Shown piece by piece: positions 10,599 to 20,501 of a stretch of DNA of 64,000 nt. The DNA comes from an uncultured Planctomycetaceae bacterium (GTDB lineage Bacteria > Planctomycetota > Planctomycetia > Pirellulales > PALSA-1355), in assembly GCA_963785305.1 (NCBI GenBank), contig CAWAUV010000001.1:32001-96000 (forward strand), written 5' to 3'. Both the position numbers and the translations under genes were made by a program. Under the pieces are notes generated by a model that was given only the letters and a program-made list of their open reading frames with translations, was not told the origin of the DNA and did not search any database. Numbering within the stretch: position 1 is the stretch's first letter; every line of letters begins with the position of its first letter.

Positions 10599-13500
10599 TT
10601 AGGGCCGCGAAGCCGGGCGGCGCCGCATGTCGAGCGTCAGCGGAAATTCGGCGTCGATCTCCACCGGCGGGGTCGCCACGGGGCCCGGAGTATGCCCCAT
10701 CTTGAAGAATCTCGAAGCGCGGCGGCTCTCCGCGGCAAACGCATTGACCGGGAACGAGCCCGAGTTGCTTCCGCCCGGATGCGATACATGCCACGTGCAA
10801 CCGCCGATCGATCGCTGGCTCCAGGTGTCGATCAGGTCAAACACCAGCGGCGCGTCGACCGGAATCGTGGGATGCAAGCAACTCGGCGGTTGGTAGGCCC
10901 GATAGCGCACTCCCGCCACATATTGCCCCACCACGCCGGTCGGATGCAGCGGCACGCGGCGGCCATTGCAAGTGACCACGTGCCGCGGATCGGTCATGCC
11001 CTCGACTTTGACTTGCAGTCGCTCGAGCGACGAATCCACATAGCGGGCCGTGCCCTGCGAGCTGCTTTCCTCGCCGAGCACATGCCAAGGCTCGATCGCA
11101 TGTCGCAGTTCAAGATGCAATCCGCGCTTGTCGAGCTCGCCGATCAACGGGAAGCGAAATTCATGGTGCGGGGCGAACCAGCGATCGTCGAACGTGTAGC
11201 CCGCGCGGCGCAATTCATCGAGCACATCGGAAAAATCTTGCCCGACGAAGTGCGGCAGCATGAAGCGGTCGTGCAAGCCGGTTCCCCAGCGCACGAGCGG
11301 ATGTTCATAGGGCATTTTCCAAAACCGCGCGATCATCGCCCGCAGCAACAATTGCTGGGTGAGGCTCATTCGCGCATGCGGCGGCATTTCAAACGCGCGA
11401 AATTCGATCAGCCCCAGCCGGCCGGTCGACGAGTCGGGCGAAAACAGCTTGTCGATGCAAAACTCGGCCCGATGCGTGTTGCCGGTCAGGTCGACGAGCA
11501 AATGGCGGAACAATCGATCCACGAGCCACGAGGGAACTTGACCGTGGTCGGGAATTTGCCGCATGGCGATTTCGAGCTCGTACACGCTGTCGTGCCGCGC
11601 TTCATCCACCCGAGGCGCTTGGCTCGTCGGCCCGATAAACGCGCCCGAAAACAGGTACGAAAGCGAGGGGTGATTGTGCCAATAGGCCACGAGGCTGCGG
11701 AGCAGATCGGGCCGGCGCAAGAGCGGGCTATCGGCGGGAGTGGCGCCACCGAGCACGATATGGTTGCCGCCGCCGGTGCCGGTGTGTTTGCCATCGAGAT
11801 TGAATTTTTCCGTGCCGAGCCGGCTAAGCCGCGCGTCTTCGTAGAGCCCCTCGGTGATCGTGACCAGCTCGTTCCAGGTTTCGGCCGGATGGACGTTGAC
11901 TTCGATCACGCCCGGATCGGGTGTCACCTTGATATGCCGCAACCGCGGATCGTGCGGCGGGGCGTAACCCTCGATCATGACCGGCATTTGCAATTCGGCC
12001 GCGGTCGATTCGATGGCCGACACGAGCTCCAGATAATCTTCCACGCGGCGAACCGGCGGCATGAAGACGAACATGCGTCCCTCGCGCGCTTCGACACAAA
12101 GCGCCGTGCGCACGATGCCCGGGCACGGTTGGCCCATTTGCAACGCGGCGGCCGTTTGCGCGTCGAGCTCCGCGACCGGGTCGCGCAACGCTTGCTCGGC
12201 CGGGTCGCCGTATTCATATCCGGCGCCCGCGCCGCCGCCATGCGCGCCGCCATCGGCCGCGCCGACCATTTGCCGGGCTTGGCGATGCAGCGGATGCCCG
12301 TTGGCTTCCCGCGAGCCGGCGGGCCAATTGCCCGAACCGTTGCCGGCCGAACCGTTGCCGGCCGAACCGTTGCCGGCCGAACCGTTGCCGGCCGAACCGT
12401 TGCCGGCCGAACCGTTGTCTCCCGATCCGTGAGCGTTGCGACGTGAACCCCCGGGAGTGTATCGGCCGTTGTCGAAATCGGAGCCACGTCGCGGCGGCAG
12501 CGGACCGCGCGGCGCGAACGGGTCGACATCGGCCAATTGGGTCGGGTCGGGAACATCCCACGGCAGCGAGTCGAGCGGCAGACGCAAGCCCATCGGCGAA
12601 TCGCCGGGAAAGAGAAACATGTTTTCTTGGCGGAAGAACCATTGGCCGCTTCGCCAGCCGCCGCCCATCGGTTCGAGCGGCAGCGCATAGCCCACGACCG
12701 ATCCCAAGCCGCGCTCGAAGACGCGGGCCAACCGCTCGCGTTCGGTTTTGTCGGTCAGCCGGCTTTGAAGCGGGTCGACATTCGTCGGCAGCCGCCGCTC
12801 GCGGGCAATGTAGTGCCAAGGGTCTTCGTAAGCCGGAATCGCGTATTCGCGCTCCAGCCCCAGCCGGTCGGCCAGCGCGGCGACGAATTGGCTCGCCTGC
12901 CGCTCGTTGAAACCATAGTCGTGTGAAAAGTCGGCGATCAGGTTGGGATTTTCCCACGCCGGCTGGCCATCGGTTCGCCAGTAGCACCCCAGCGCCCAGC
13001 GGGGCAGCGGCTCGCCGGGATACCACTTGCCTTGGCCGTAGTGAATGAATCCGCCCTCGCCGAAGCGTTGTTTCAGCCGCAGCAGCAGATCGGCCGACAA
13101 GCGGCGCTTATTCGGCCCCAAGGCGGCGATGGTCCATTCCTCGCCGTCCATGTCGTCGATCGAGACGAATGTCGGCTCGCCGCCCATGGTGAGCCGCACA
13201 TTGCCCGCCGACAGGTCGGCGTCGACGGCGCGACCGAGCGTTTCGATCTTGAGCCATTCGTCCTCGGTGTAGGGTTTCGTGACCCGGGCGTCTTCGCGCA
13301 CTCGGGTGATGCTCATTTCGAAATCGAATGTCGATTCACACGACTCGCGCGAACCGGTGATCGGGGCGGCGCTGGGTGGATCGGGCGAACAGGCCAGCGG
13401 AATATGCCCCTCGCCGGCAAATAGGCCGCTCGTGGCGTCGAGGCCCACCCAGCCAGCGCCCGGCAGGTACACTTCGGCCCAGGCATGCAGGTCCGTGAAA

Positions 13501-14171
13501 TCGACCGTGGCGCCGCTCGGGCCATCGAGCGATTTCACATCGGGCACAAGCTGGATCAGGTAGCCCGAAACAAAACGGGCGGCGATTCCTTTTTGCCGCA
13601 GGGCTTGCACCATGAGCCACGCCGAATCGCGACAACTGCCGGAGTGGTTCGTGAGGGTTTCCTCGGGCGACTGCACGCCGGGATCGAGACGGATCGTGTA
13701 TTGCACGGCGTCGTGCACGAGATTGTTCACCTCGACCAGGTAGTCGACGGTGCGCATCGCGTCGCGCGGAAATTTTTGCAGGAACTCGGCGAGCAACGGG
13801 CCGGCCGGATCGGTTTCCAAAAAAGGCTTCAGCTCATGGGCCAGCGCCTTTTCATAGACGAACGGGAATCGCTCGGCCGCGGGTTCGAGAAAGAAATCGA
13901 ACGGATTGATGACCGTCATTTCGGCCACAAGGTCGACTTCGACGACCAAATGCCGCGTCTTTTCGGGAAACAAGAGCCGCGCCAAGTAGTTGCCTTGCGG
14001 ATCTTGCTGCCAGTTAAGGAAATGGTTTTGCGGCTCGATGCGCAGCGAATAGCTCTCGATTGGCGTGCGGCAATGCGGCGCCGGCCGCAATCGCACCACA
14101 TGCGGATTGAGCTGGATGAATTTGTCGTAGTGATAGCTGGTTTTGTGATGCAGCGCAACGCGGATGCCCAT
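10599..14171 (-). CDS. Transglutaminase + DUF2126 (putative COOH-NH2 amidoligase) fusion, 1190 aa
   Basis: GSCRDSAW/DLHAWAEV/GLDATSG triad; LTMGGEPTFVS, VTPDPGVIEVN, TGTGGGNH, GPTSQAPRVDE, GNTHRAEFCIDK, EFRAFEMPP. Confidence 0.95.
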   Translation of the reverse strand: MGIRVALHHKTSYHYDKFIQLNPHVVRLRPAPHCRTPIESYSLRIEPQNHFLNWQQDPQGNYLARLLFPEKTRHLVVEVDLVAEMTVINPFDFFLEPAAERFPFVYEKALAHELKPFLETDPAGPLLAEFLQKFPRDAMRTVDYLVEVNNLVHDAVQYTIRLDPGVQSPEETLTNHSGSCRDSAWLMVQALRQKGIAARFVSGYLIQLVPDVKSLDGPSGATVDFTDLHAWAEVYLPGAGWVGLDATSGLFAGEGHIPLACSPDPPSAAPITGSRESCESTFDFEMSITRVREDARVTKPYTEDEWLKIETLGRAVDADLSAGNVRLTMGGEPTFVSIDDMDGEEWTIAALGPNKRRLSADLLLRLKQRFGEGGFIHYGQGKWYPGEPLPRWALGCYWRTDGQPAWENPNLIADFSHDYGFNERQASQFVAALADRLGLEREYAIPAYEDPWHYIARERRLPTNVDPLQSRLTDKTERERLARVFERGLGSVVGYALPLEPMGGGWRSGQWFFRQENMFLFPGDSPMGLRLPLDSLPWDVPDPTQLADVDPFAPRGPLPPRRGSDFDNGRYTPGGSRRNAHGSGDNGSAGNGSAGNGSAGNGSAGNGSAGNGSGNWPAGSREANGHPLHRQARQMVGAADGGAHGGGAGAGYEYGDPAEQALRDPVAELDAQTAAALQMGQPCPGIVRTALCVEAREGRMFVFMPPVRRVEDYLELVSAIESTAAELQMPVMIEGYAPPHDPRLRHIKVTPDPGVIEVNVHPAETWNELVTITEGLYEDARLSRLGTEKFNLDGKHTGTGGGNHIVLGGATPADSPLLRRPDLLRSLVAYWHNHPSLSYLFSGAFIGPTSQAPRVDEARHDSVYELEIAMRQIPDHGQVPSWLVDRLFRHLLVDLTGNTHRAEFCIDKLFSPDSSTGRLGLIEFRAFEMPPHARMSLTQQLLLRAMIARFWKMPYEHPLVRWGTGLHDRFMLPHFVGQDFSDVLDELRRAGYTFDDRWFAPHHEFRFPLIGELDKRGLHLELRHAIEPWHVLGEESSSQGTARYVDSSLERLQVKVEGMTDPRHVVTCNGRRVPLHPTGVVGQYVAGVRYRAYQPPSCLHPTIPVDAPLVFDLIDTWSQRSIGGCTWHVSHPGGSNSGSFPVNAFAAESRRASRFFKMGHTPGPVATPPVEIDAEFPLTLDMRRRPASRP
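12332..12417. repeat. 15-bp in-frame tandem repeat (CCGAACCGTTGCCGG x5 plus partial 6th), encoding (AGNGS)n
   Basis: Read directly: five perfect copies 12332-12406 and an 11-bp partial copy. Confidence 0.95.
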
Positions 14172-14178
14172 CGATGGT

Positions 14179-15276
14179 TCAACTCTCGTTTGTTGACGAC
14201 TTCGCGGCGTTCGGCGCCGGAAATCTATTTGGGACCCAGGGCAGCTTCAATCTTCGAAACGGCCGGTTTTTGCCACATGGTTTGGGTTTGCGATTGACCG
14301 TTGCCATTTTGCGCGGGCGAACGGGCGGAGCGGGCTCGGCGCCGAAAAACGTCTCGGCCACCCCGGCCCCGACATCGGTCAGTTTGTCTTGAAACGAATC
14401 GATGAACTCGTGCAATCCCGCGTCGATGATTTCTTGCACATGCGCATAATCCAACTCCGACCGCAGCCGGCCCAAGCGCTGCTCGGCCGAATTGCGAAAT
14501 GTTCCGATCGGGCTCCCCGTGATCTTGAGCAGCGACTCTTCGCTCTTGATCAGGCAAAAGTGCATGGCCCTCGAAAATTGGCGGTCGAGCATCAGGAAAT
14601 CGGCCACTTGCGAGGGCGTGATGCGTCCGTGCTCCTTGCGGTACATTTCGAGGGCGCTCGTGCTCTTGAGGAGCGAGGCCCACTGGATCGTGTCGAGCGG
14701 CGTGCCCACGTCGGCCACGGTCGGCAGCAGCGTGTAATACTTCACATCGAGAATGCGGGATGTCTTGTCGGCCCGTTCGAGCAGGCGGCCCATGCGCACG
14801 AAGTGCCAAGCCTCGTTGTGGCTCATGGTCGAGTCGGTGATGCCTTGCACCAAGTGGCTCGACCACTTCACGGAATGAAAGAACTCGAAGGCCGACGTCA
14901 GGAATGATTTATCGTCCGCGGCGCGGCGCACCATCAAGAAGAACTTGTTAATCTCTTCCCACATTGCCTGACTGATCATGTCGCGCACGGCACGCGCGTT
15001 TTCCCGTGCCCGGCGAAGGCACGAAAGAATCGAATTCGGATTCTCGCGATCGCTGGTCAGGAAGGCGACCACTTTCTCTTGGCTGAAGTCGCCATAGCGC
15101 GAGAGAAACACCTCGTGGTCGCCGGTCGTGTAGACCAGGGGCGCCCAGGAACCGTTGATCCCGGTGCCCAAGTCGAGCGTGAGATTGAGGTTCACGTCGA
15201 TGAAGCGGGCCACGTTCTCGGCCCGCTCGATATAACGACTCATCCAGAAGATGGAATCCGCCACGCGACTCAACAT
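14179..15276 (-). CDS. Alpha-E domain protein (DUF403); C-terminal tail possibly frameshifted (alternative stop 14225)
   Basis: MLSRVADSIFWMSRYIERAENVAR, ARENAR, MGRLLERADKTSRILDVKY, GLHEFID. Confidence 0.95.
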   Translation of the reverse strand: MLSRVADSIFWMSRYIERAENVARFIDVNLNLTLDLGTGINGSWAPLVYTTGDHEVFLSRYGDFSQEKVVAFLTSDRENPNSILSCLRRARENARAVRDMISQAMWEEINKFFLMVRRAADDKSFLTSAFEFFHSVKWSSHLVQGITDSTMSHNEAWHFVRMGRLLERADKTSRILDVKYYTLLPTVADVGTPLDTIQWASLLKSTSALEMYRKEHGRITPSQVADFLMLDRQFSRAMHFCLIKSEESLLKITGSPIGTFRNSAEQRLGRLRSELDYAHVQEIIDAGLHEFIDSFQDKLTDVGAGVAETFFGAEPAPPVRPRKMATVNRKPKPCGKNRPFRRLKLPWVPNRFPAPNAAKSSTNES

Positions 15277-15423
15277 GCTTTGGGTCTCCCGCCTAGGAGG
15301 ATTGGATTGCTCGGTTTGCGATTCCGCCCGCGATTCGGTTCAGGTCGCCCGGGTTTCGGAATGTGCCGCGGGCAACGCCTCGAACGATTCCGGGGGTTGT
15401 GCCGCCGACGATGCGCCGCGATT

Positions 15424-16856
15424 TCATTTGATAACCCAGGTGTCCTTGCTGCCGCCGCCTTGCGAGGAATTGACCACCATCGAACTTTTGACCAGCGCCA
15501 CGCGCGTCAGTCCGCCCGGCAACACGAAAATATCCTCGCCATAAAGAATGTAGGGCCGCAGGTCCACGTGCCGCCCCTCCAAGTGATCGCCCACGATCGT
15601 GGGCACGCGAGAGAGCGAAAGCATCGGCTGGGCGACGAAATTGCGAGGGTCTTTCACGATCAGATCCCGGCATTTTTCCAACTCGTCGCTCGTGGCCCGG
15701 GGACCGAGCACGATTCCATAGCCGCCCGATTCGTTCGTCGGCTTTATCACGAAGTCGCCGATGTTGGCGAGCACCTCGCGACACTCGGCCTCCTCGCCGC
15801 ATACCTTGGTCGGCACATTCGGCAAGATGATTTCCTCGCCCAGGTAATACTTGATCATCGCGGGCACGAACGCATAGACCGCCTTGTCGTCGGCCACTCC
15901 GGTTCCGGGCGCGTTGGCCAGGGCCACATTGCCCTTGCGATACACATCCATGAGCCCATGCACGCCGAGCGCCGAGTCGGAGCGGAAGGTCTTGGGATCG
16001 AGAAAATCGTCGTCGATGCGGCGATAGATCACATCAACCCGCTCCAAGCCGCGCGTGCGTGCGCATATAGACATAGTCGCCCGAGACCGTGAGGTCCGAG
16101 CCTTGCACCAGTTCGACACCCATCTGCTGGGCCAAGAAGCAATGCTCGAAATAGGCCGAGTTGTAAATGCCCGGCGTCATCACCACGACGCGCGGATCGC
16201 GGGCCGCCTCGGGCGCGATATGCTGCAAAATCTTGAGCAACTGCTCGGGGTAATCCTCGACCGGCAGGATATTGAGCCCCTCGAACATCTGCGAGAAGGC
16301 CCGTTTCATGACCTCGCGATTCTCAAGCACATAGGACACGCCCGACGGGCAACGCAGATTGTCTTCGAGCACGTAAATCTGGCCATCGCGATCGCGCACC
16401 AAGTCGGTGCCTGTGATATGGCACCAGAATGCCCTTGGGCGGATGCAAATCCCGGCAAGGCCGCAGCAAGCACTTGCTCGAGCTCACGAGCCACTCGGGC
16501 ACGGCCCCATCGCGAATGATCTGTTGCTTGTGGTACACGTCGTCGATGAAGAGATTCAGCGCCCGAATCCGCTGCTTGAGCCCGCGCTCGATGAAGTCCC
16601 ATTCCTTCCATTCGAGGATGCGGGGGATGATGTCGAACGGCCAGATTTTTTCGGTCCCGGCTTCGTGACCGTAGACATTGAAGGTGATGCCCATGTTGAG
16701 CAGGGCCAAGTCGGCTGACTTTTGACGCCGCTGGAGCTCGCCTTCGGAGAGGCTTTGCAATTTGTGGGCGAGCAGTTCGCCGCGAGCCCTGGGCCGGCCA
16801 TCGGACTCGAACATCTCGTCGTAGTAGCCTTCGGTCTTGTACTGATGAAGGTCCAT
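15424..16856 (-). CDS. Circularly permuted type-2 ATP-grasp protein (DUF404/407), frameshifts ~16410 and ~16055
   Basis: [92 protein letters not shown]; alternative start 16943. Confidence 0.93.
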
Positions 16857-17240
16857 CGATGCATCCTGTCGTTCGCCGCCTCGACCTCGAACCAAGCCCG
16901 TTTGCATGGGGGGCGCCAACTGTTGAAATTCATCGGTTCGCATGGAGCTCGCCCCCCCGGGTAGATTGCGACACGCCTTTTTTCCGAGCCGGGGGGTGAT
17001 CGCCCTTCCCCGGTCTAAAACGGCAGTGGCTTCCCGATCGCCCGCCATTCTAGGAACTTCGCCGCGCGGCGTCGCGATCTATTCGCTGGCCCCGCTTCTT
17101 GATACTCGCCTCTTGGTAAAGTTCACCCTCGGTAAACAGCGCGACTACCGGCCCCGGCGCCTACAAATGTGGCAGGCGCGGACCCTGGCTTAAGCACATT
17201 TCGCCCCGAGAGAACTGTTTCCAGGGCTGGGGCGTGCGAA

Positions 17241-17257
17241 TGCAACATCCGTGCCCA
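17241..17257 (-). promoter_or_regulatory. Putative sigma-54 (-24/-12) promoter facing the ATP-grasp operon
   Basis: Minus strand TGGGCACGGATGTTGCA versus consensus TGGCACGRNNNTTGCW; GG-N10-GC spacing exact; intergenic. Confidence 0.65.
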
Positions 17258-17283
17258 GCCGGAAGGCGCGGGGGGGCCGTTCG

Positions 17284-18981
17284 TCAGCGAGCGGGCGAAA
17301 CCAGCGCCTCGGGCCGCTCGAGCACGAAATAATGTCCGTGGTCGGCCGTCACGATCACGGCGGCATCTTTCCAAGCGTGGTGGGCCTCGATCCAAGCGGT
17401 GATCACGCCGAACGCCTCGTCGCCGCTGAGCATCGCGCCGATCGAGTTGTCGATATTATCCTGGTGGTTGGCCCAATCCGTGTCGCCCGCCTCGACCATG
17501 AGCCAAAATCCCTTGGGATTCCTTTCGAGCACCGTCAGGGCCGCGCTCGTCAGGTCGGCCAATGTCGGATTTTCCGCGAGGTCGGCCGGCGAATAGTCCT
17601 CGGCCACGCCCTGGGTCAGTAGCGGAATCGGCGGCACATTGCCCCGCAGCGAGCCGCTGATGAGCGCCGGGCTCAATGTGGGATTGTAGCGGCCATCGGC
17701 GGTGCGAAAGGGCAGGTGGCCCGGCACGACGCCATGGAATCCAAACAGTCGCTTGCCGCTGGCCGCCGCTTGCTCGGCTCGCTCCCGCAATGAATTGGCC
17801 CCCTCGACGCCCGACTCGCGCTGGGCCACGACATAGCGCCCGCCATGCTGGGCGTCGATCGCTTTCAGATCGGCGGCGGTGATGTAGGTGTTGCCGGGCA
17901 CGAAATTGGCGCCCTGTTCCGCATGCGTCTTCCGCGATTCGCCCCAGCCGGCGCCCAGCAGCACTTCGACTCCCGGTAGCGGATGCTCGGGATGCGAGAT
18001 CGACGGCAGGCCGACCATGTCGCGCGTCAGGTCTTGGTAATCGTCGCGATACACATTGCTGGCATAGGTGGCGGCCGGCGTGGCGTGGCTCACCGGCACG
18101 CTCGTCACCACTCCGATCGAGCGCCCTTCGGCTTGTAACCGCCGAGCGATGGGCGTCGCCTCGCGGCCCTGGGGGTCGACATTTATGGCATCGTTGTAGG
18201 TCTTGATGCCCGAATTCATGCTCGTGGCCGAAGCGGCCGAATCCGTAACCGCTTGCGGCTCCGGCCGGCTAATGCCGAGCAAGTAATCGGGTTCCGTGGG
18301 CACGGCCCAGGGCGTGACGCCGGCCTTGCGCCAGTCGTAGCCGCCCGGCTTCGTGCCGCCCACACGCGACACGGTTTGATTGTCGACATTCCACTTCGTG
18401 CCGTCGTTGTGGGGGCTGGTGACGAAATAGCCGAAGTCGGTCGGCGCGTCGGGATGGCGATAGTCTTGAATGCGCAACCCGGTCCCGCGCCCTTCGTCAT
18501 AGCCCACTTTGTTCGCGGCGACGATCGCCGAGGCTCGGGTCGTGTGCCAGTCGGTGCCATCGAAGATGAAGAGCACGATATATTTCTTGCCGCGCTCGAC
18601 GGCGAGTTGCTGGAGTCGATAGACGTCGGTCTGGTCGCAATAATCCGCCGTGGGATTGAAGGTTCCGGCGGGCAGGCGGCCATAGAGCTCGCCGATCTTT
18701 CGTTCGTTGCGATACAGGCTATTTTCCCCGGCGAACGATCGGAGATCGATGCCATAGGTATAGATGGGAATCAGCCGGTTCGAGTGCTTCATCCAGGCGG
18801 CGTAGGCCTTGGGAAACAAGCCCCAATGTCCCCAGTCGGCCACGCCCTGCTTGACCGCGGATGTTTGCAAGGCTCGCACATGATCCGGCGGATCGGCCGA
18901 ACAACATTGCGCGCCGCCCAGGGCTCCGATGCCAAGCACCGCCAGATTCCACGCGGCGCGACGCACGCAAGACACAAACAT
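17284..18981 (-). CDS. Alkaline phosphatase (PhoA family), secreted
   Basis: Signal peptide; LFIFDG, VTDSAASAT (catalytic Ser), SHATPA, MVEAGDTDWANH, VTADHGH. Confidence 0.9.
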   Translation of the reverse strand: MFVSCVRRAAWNLAVLGIGALGGAQCCSADPPDHVRALQTSAVKQGVADWGHWGLFPKAYAAWMKHSNRLIPIYTYGIDLRSFAGENSLYRNERKIGELYGRLPAGTFNPTADYCDQTDVYRLQQLAVERGKKYIVLFIFDGTDWHTTRASAIVAANKVGYDEGRGTGLRIQDYRHPDAPTDFGYFVTSPHNDGTKWNVDNQTVSRVGGTKPGGYDWRKAGVTPWAVPTEPDYLLGISRPEPQAVTDSAASATSMNSGIKTYNDAINVDPQGREATPIARRLQAEGRSIGVVTSVPVSHATPAATYASNVYRDDYQDLTRDMVGLPSISHPEHPLPGVEVLLGAGWGESRKTHAEQGANFVPGNTYITAADLKAIDAQHGGRYVVAQRESGVEGANSLRERAEQAAASGKRLFGFHGVVPGHLPFRTADGRYNPTLSPALISGSLRGNVPPIPLLTQGVAEDYSPADLAENPTLADLTSAALTVLERNPKGFWLMVEAGDTDWANHQDNIDNSIGAMLSGDEAFGVITAWIEAHHAWKDAAVIVTADHGHYFVLERPEALVSPAR

Positions 18982-19172
18982 CGTGAGAACTCCAGACCGA
19001 TATCGCGACGCGACGGGACAGAACACTGGAACCGGGAATGTTCGGAACGACTTTCTCGCCGAGCGGCAAGTATACGCGCGGCCGGCGGGCCTTGCCAACA
19101 ACGTGCGCGAAGCGATCATGTTTTCACGTCAAGTCGCGACCCGGGCGATCCAACCAACTCCCACCACCGCGT

Positions 19173-20479
19173 TCAATGTTCCGGAAGCTCCGCGATTCGC
19201 AAGCGGCGAAACGAAAGGTCGGTCGTGGGGTCGTGGCCCTGAATCTGAAGGACGCCGGCCTCGGTGCAAAGACCATTGCGACCGTTCGCATTGGGCTTGC
19301 GCGTGTCGGTCCAGTCGGTCACGGGGTAGCCGTTGACCCAGGAGGCCATGTGCGGGCCATCGGCCGTGAAGGCGAGCGCGAACCAAGTGAAGTCGTCGGC
19401 CACGATCCGCCGGGCCGATTCGCGGCGATAGATGGCCCCGGTGCCGAAGTCCTTGGGCAGCGAGCGATCGTTGTCTTTCATCGCGTTGTTGATCTGGCAT
19501 TCGTAGCCTTGCCAAAATTGGCCCGGCAGGGCGCGGAAGAAGATGCCCGAATTGAGGCCCTTGCCATTGGAGAAGACATCGAGCTGCATGATGAAGTTGG
19601 CGTATTTGCCATCGCTTTCGAGCGCGCCGTTGCCGTTCTTCACATGCAGCACGTCGCCATCCCGCGCGGCGGAGTCCTCGCTCGCGGGCGCGTCCTTGGC
19701 GGCGACGACCGAAAACTCGCTGGCGTGGCCGGGCAGCACTCGCCACCCGGCGAGATCGCGGCCATTGAAGATGCTCGCGAGCCCGAGCGGGCGGAGCTTG
19801 ATATCGCGAAATTCGACCGATCCTTCGCGGAATTGTAGTCCGATGAAACCGGCGAGCGGCCGGCCGCGATTGCCTTTGTCGGGCGTTGGCGTGGAGTAGT
19901 CGAGCACCGGTTTACCATCGAGCACGACTTTGAAATCGCCGCCCTGGGCCGTCACTTCATAGGCATGCCACTCGGCATCGCCCGCCACGACTTGGCTCGT
20001 TTTTTTTCGCTCGACAAACGACCCAGTCGGAAACGGGCTCGTTTCCGGAGCGGCGATGTTCAACTCATAGCAATCCACCGCCGGATTCGTGGGCTTGGCG
20101 GCGGTGCGGAGGAACACGCCGCTATTCGTCTTGGGCGATGCGCGAAATTCAAGCTTGAGCACATAATCGGCAAACGTGCTCGTGGTCGTGAGCAAGCCTT
20201 GCTTGCCCTCGGAGACGTGAATCGCTCCGTCGGCGACGCTCCAATTGGCCTCGCTCTGGGGCCGCCAGCCGAAGAGCGTGTCGCCATCGAAGAGCAGCAG
20301 CCAGCCGTTTTCGATCTCGGCGGGCGAGAGTTGATTGTGCCCGGCGGCCTTCGTCGCGGCGGGCTCCGCGGCGGCAGCGCCGTGTTCGACATGATCGCCA
20401 ATGTCAGCAGCGCGAGCCGCGCCGCCTTGGCCGCGGCCCCACGGTGAACGGATCGCGAGGAAAAAGAATCACGGTGCAT
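19173..20479 (-). CDS. Double DUF1080 (3-keto-disaccharide hydrolase-like) protein, frameshift ~20370
   Basis: GWLLLFDG, NSGVFLR, IGLQF...FRDIKLRPL, IFNGRDLAGW, NSGIFFR, LQIQGHDP. Confidence 0.85.
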
Positions 20480-20501
20480 GACGGATCGTCTCCGAAAATG
20501 T

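Noticed and set aside
12332..12417. Possible CRISPR array
   Set aside because: Contiguous 15-bp units without spacers, inside a CDS; no cas genes seen in the window
10566..12446. Long antisense or alternative-frame ORFs (also 7319..8614, 9144..10334, 55437..57374, 61060..62628 and many others)
   Set aside because: Shadow ORFs opposite well-supported genes in high-GC DNA; no recognisable motifs
15277..15426. ATP-grasp and Alpha-E genes are in the same frame (read-through fusion?)
   Set aside because: Two TGA stops in the linker, both proteins have normal termini, and same-frame placement is a 1-in-3 chance
17000..17035. Cobalamin-riboswitch-like AAGCCACTG...GGGAAGG on the minus strand
   Set aside because: Upstream core (GGGAA..GGTG..AATCC) and downstream B12 box not found
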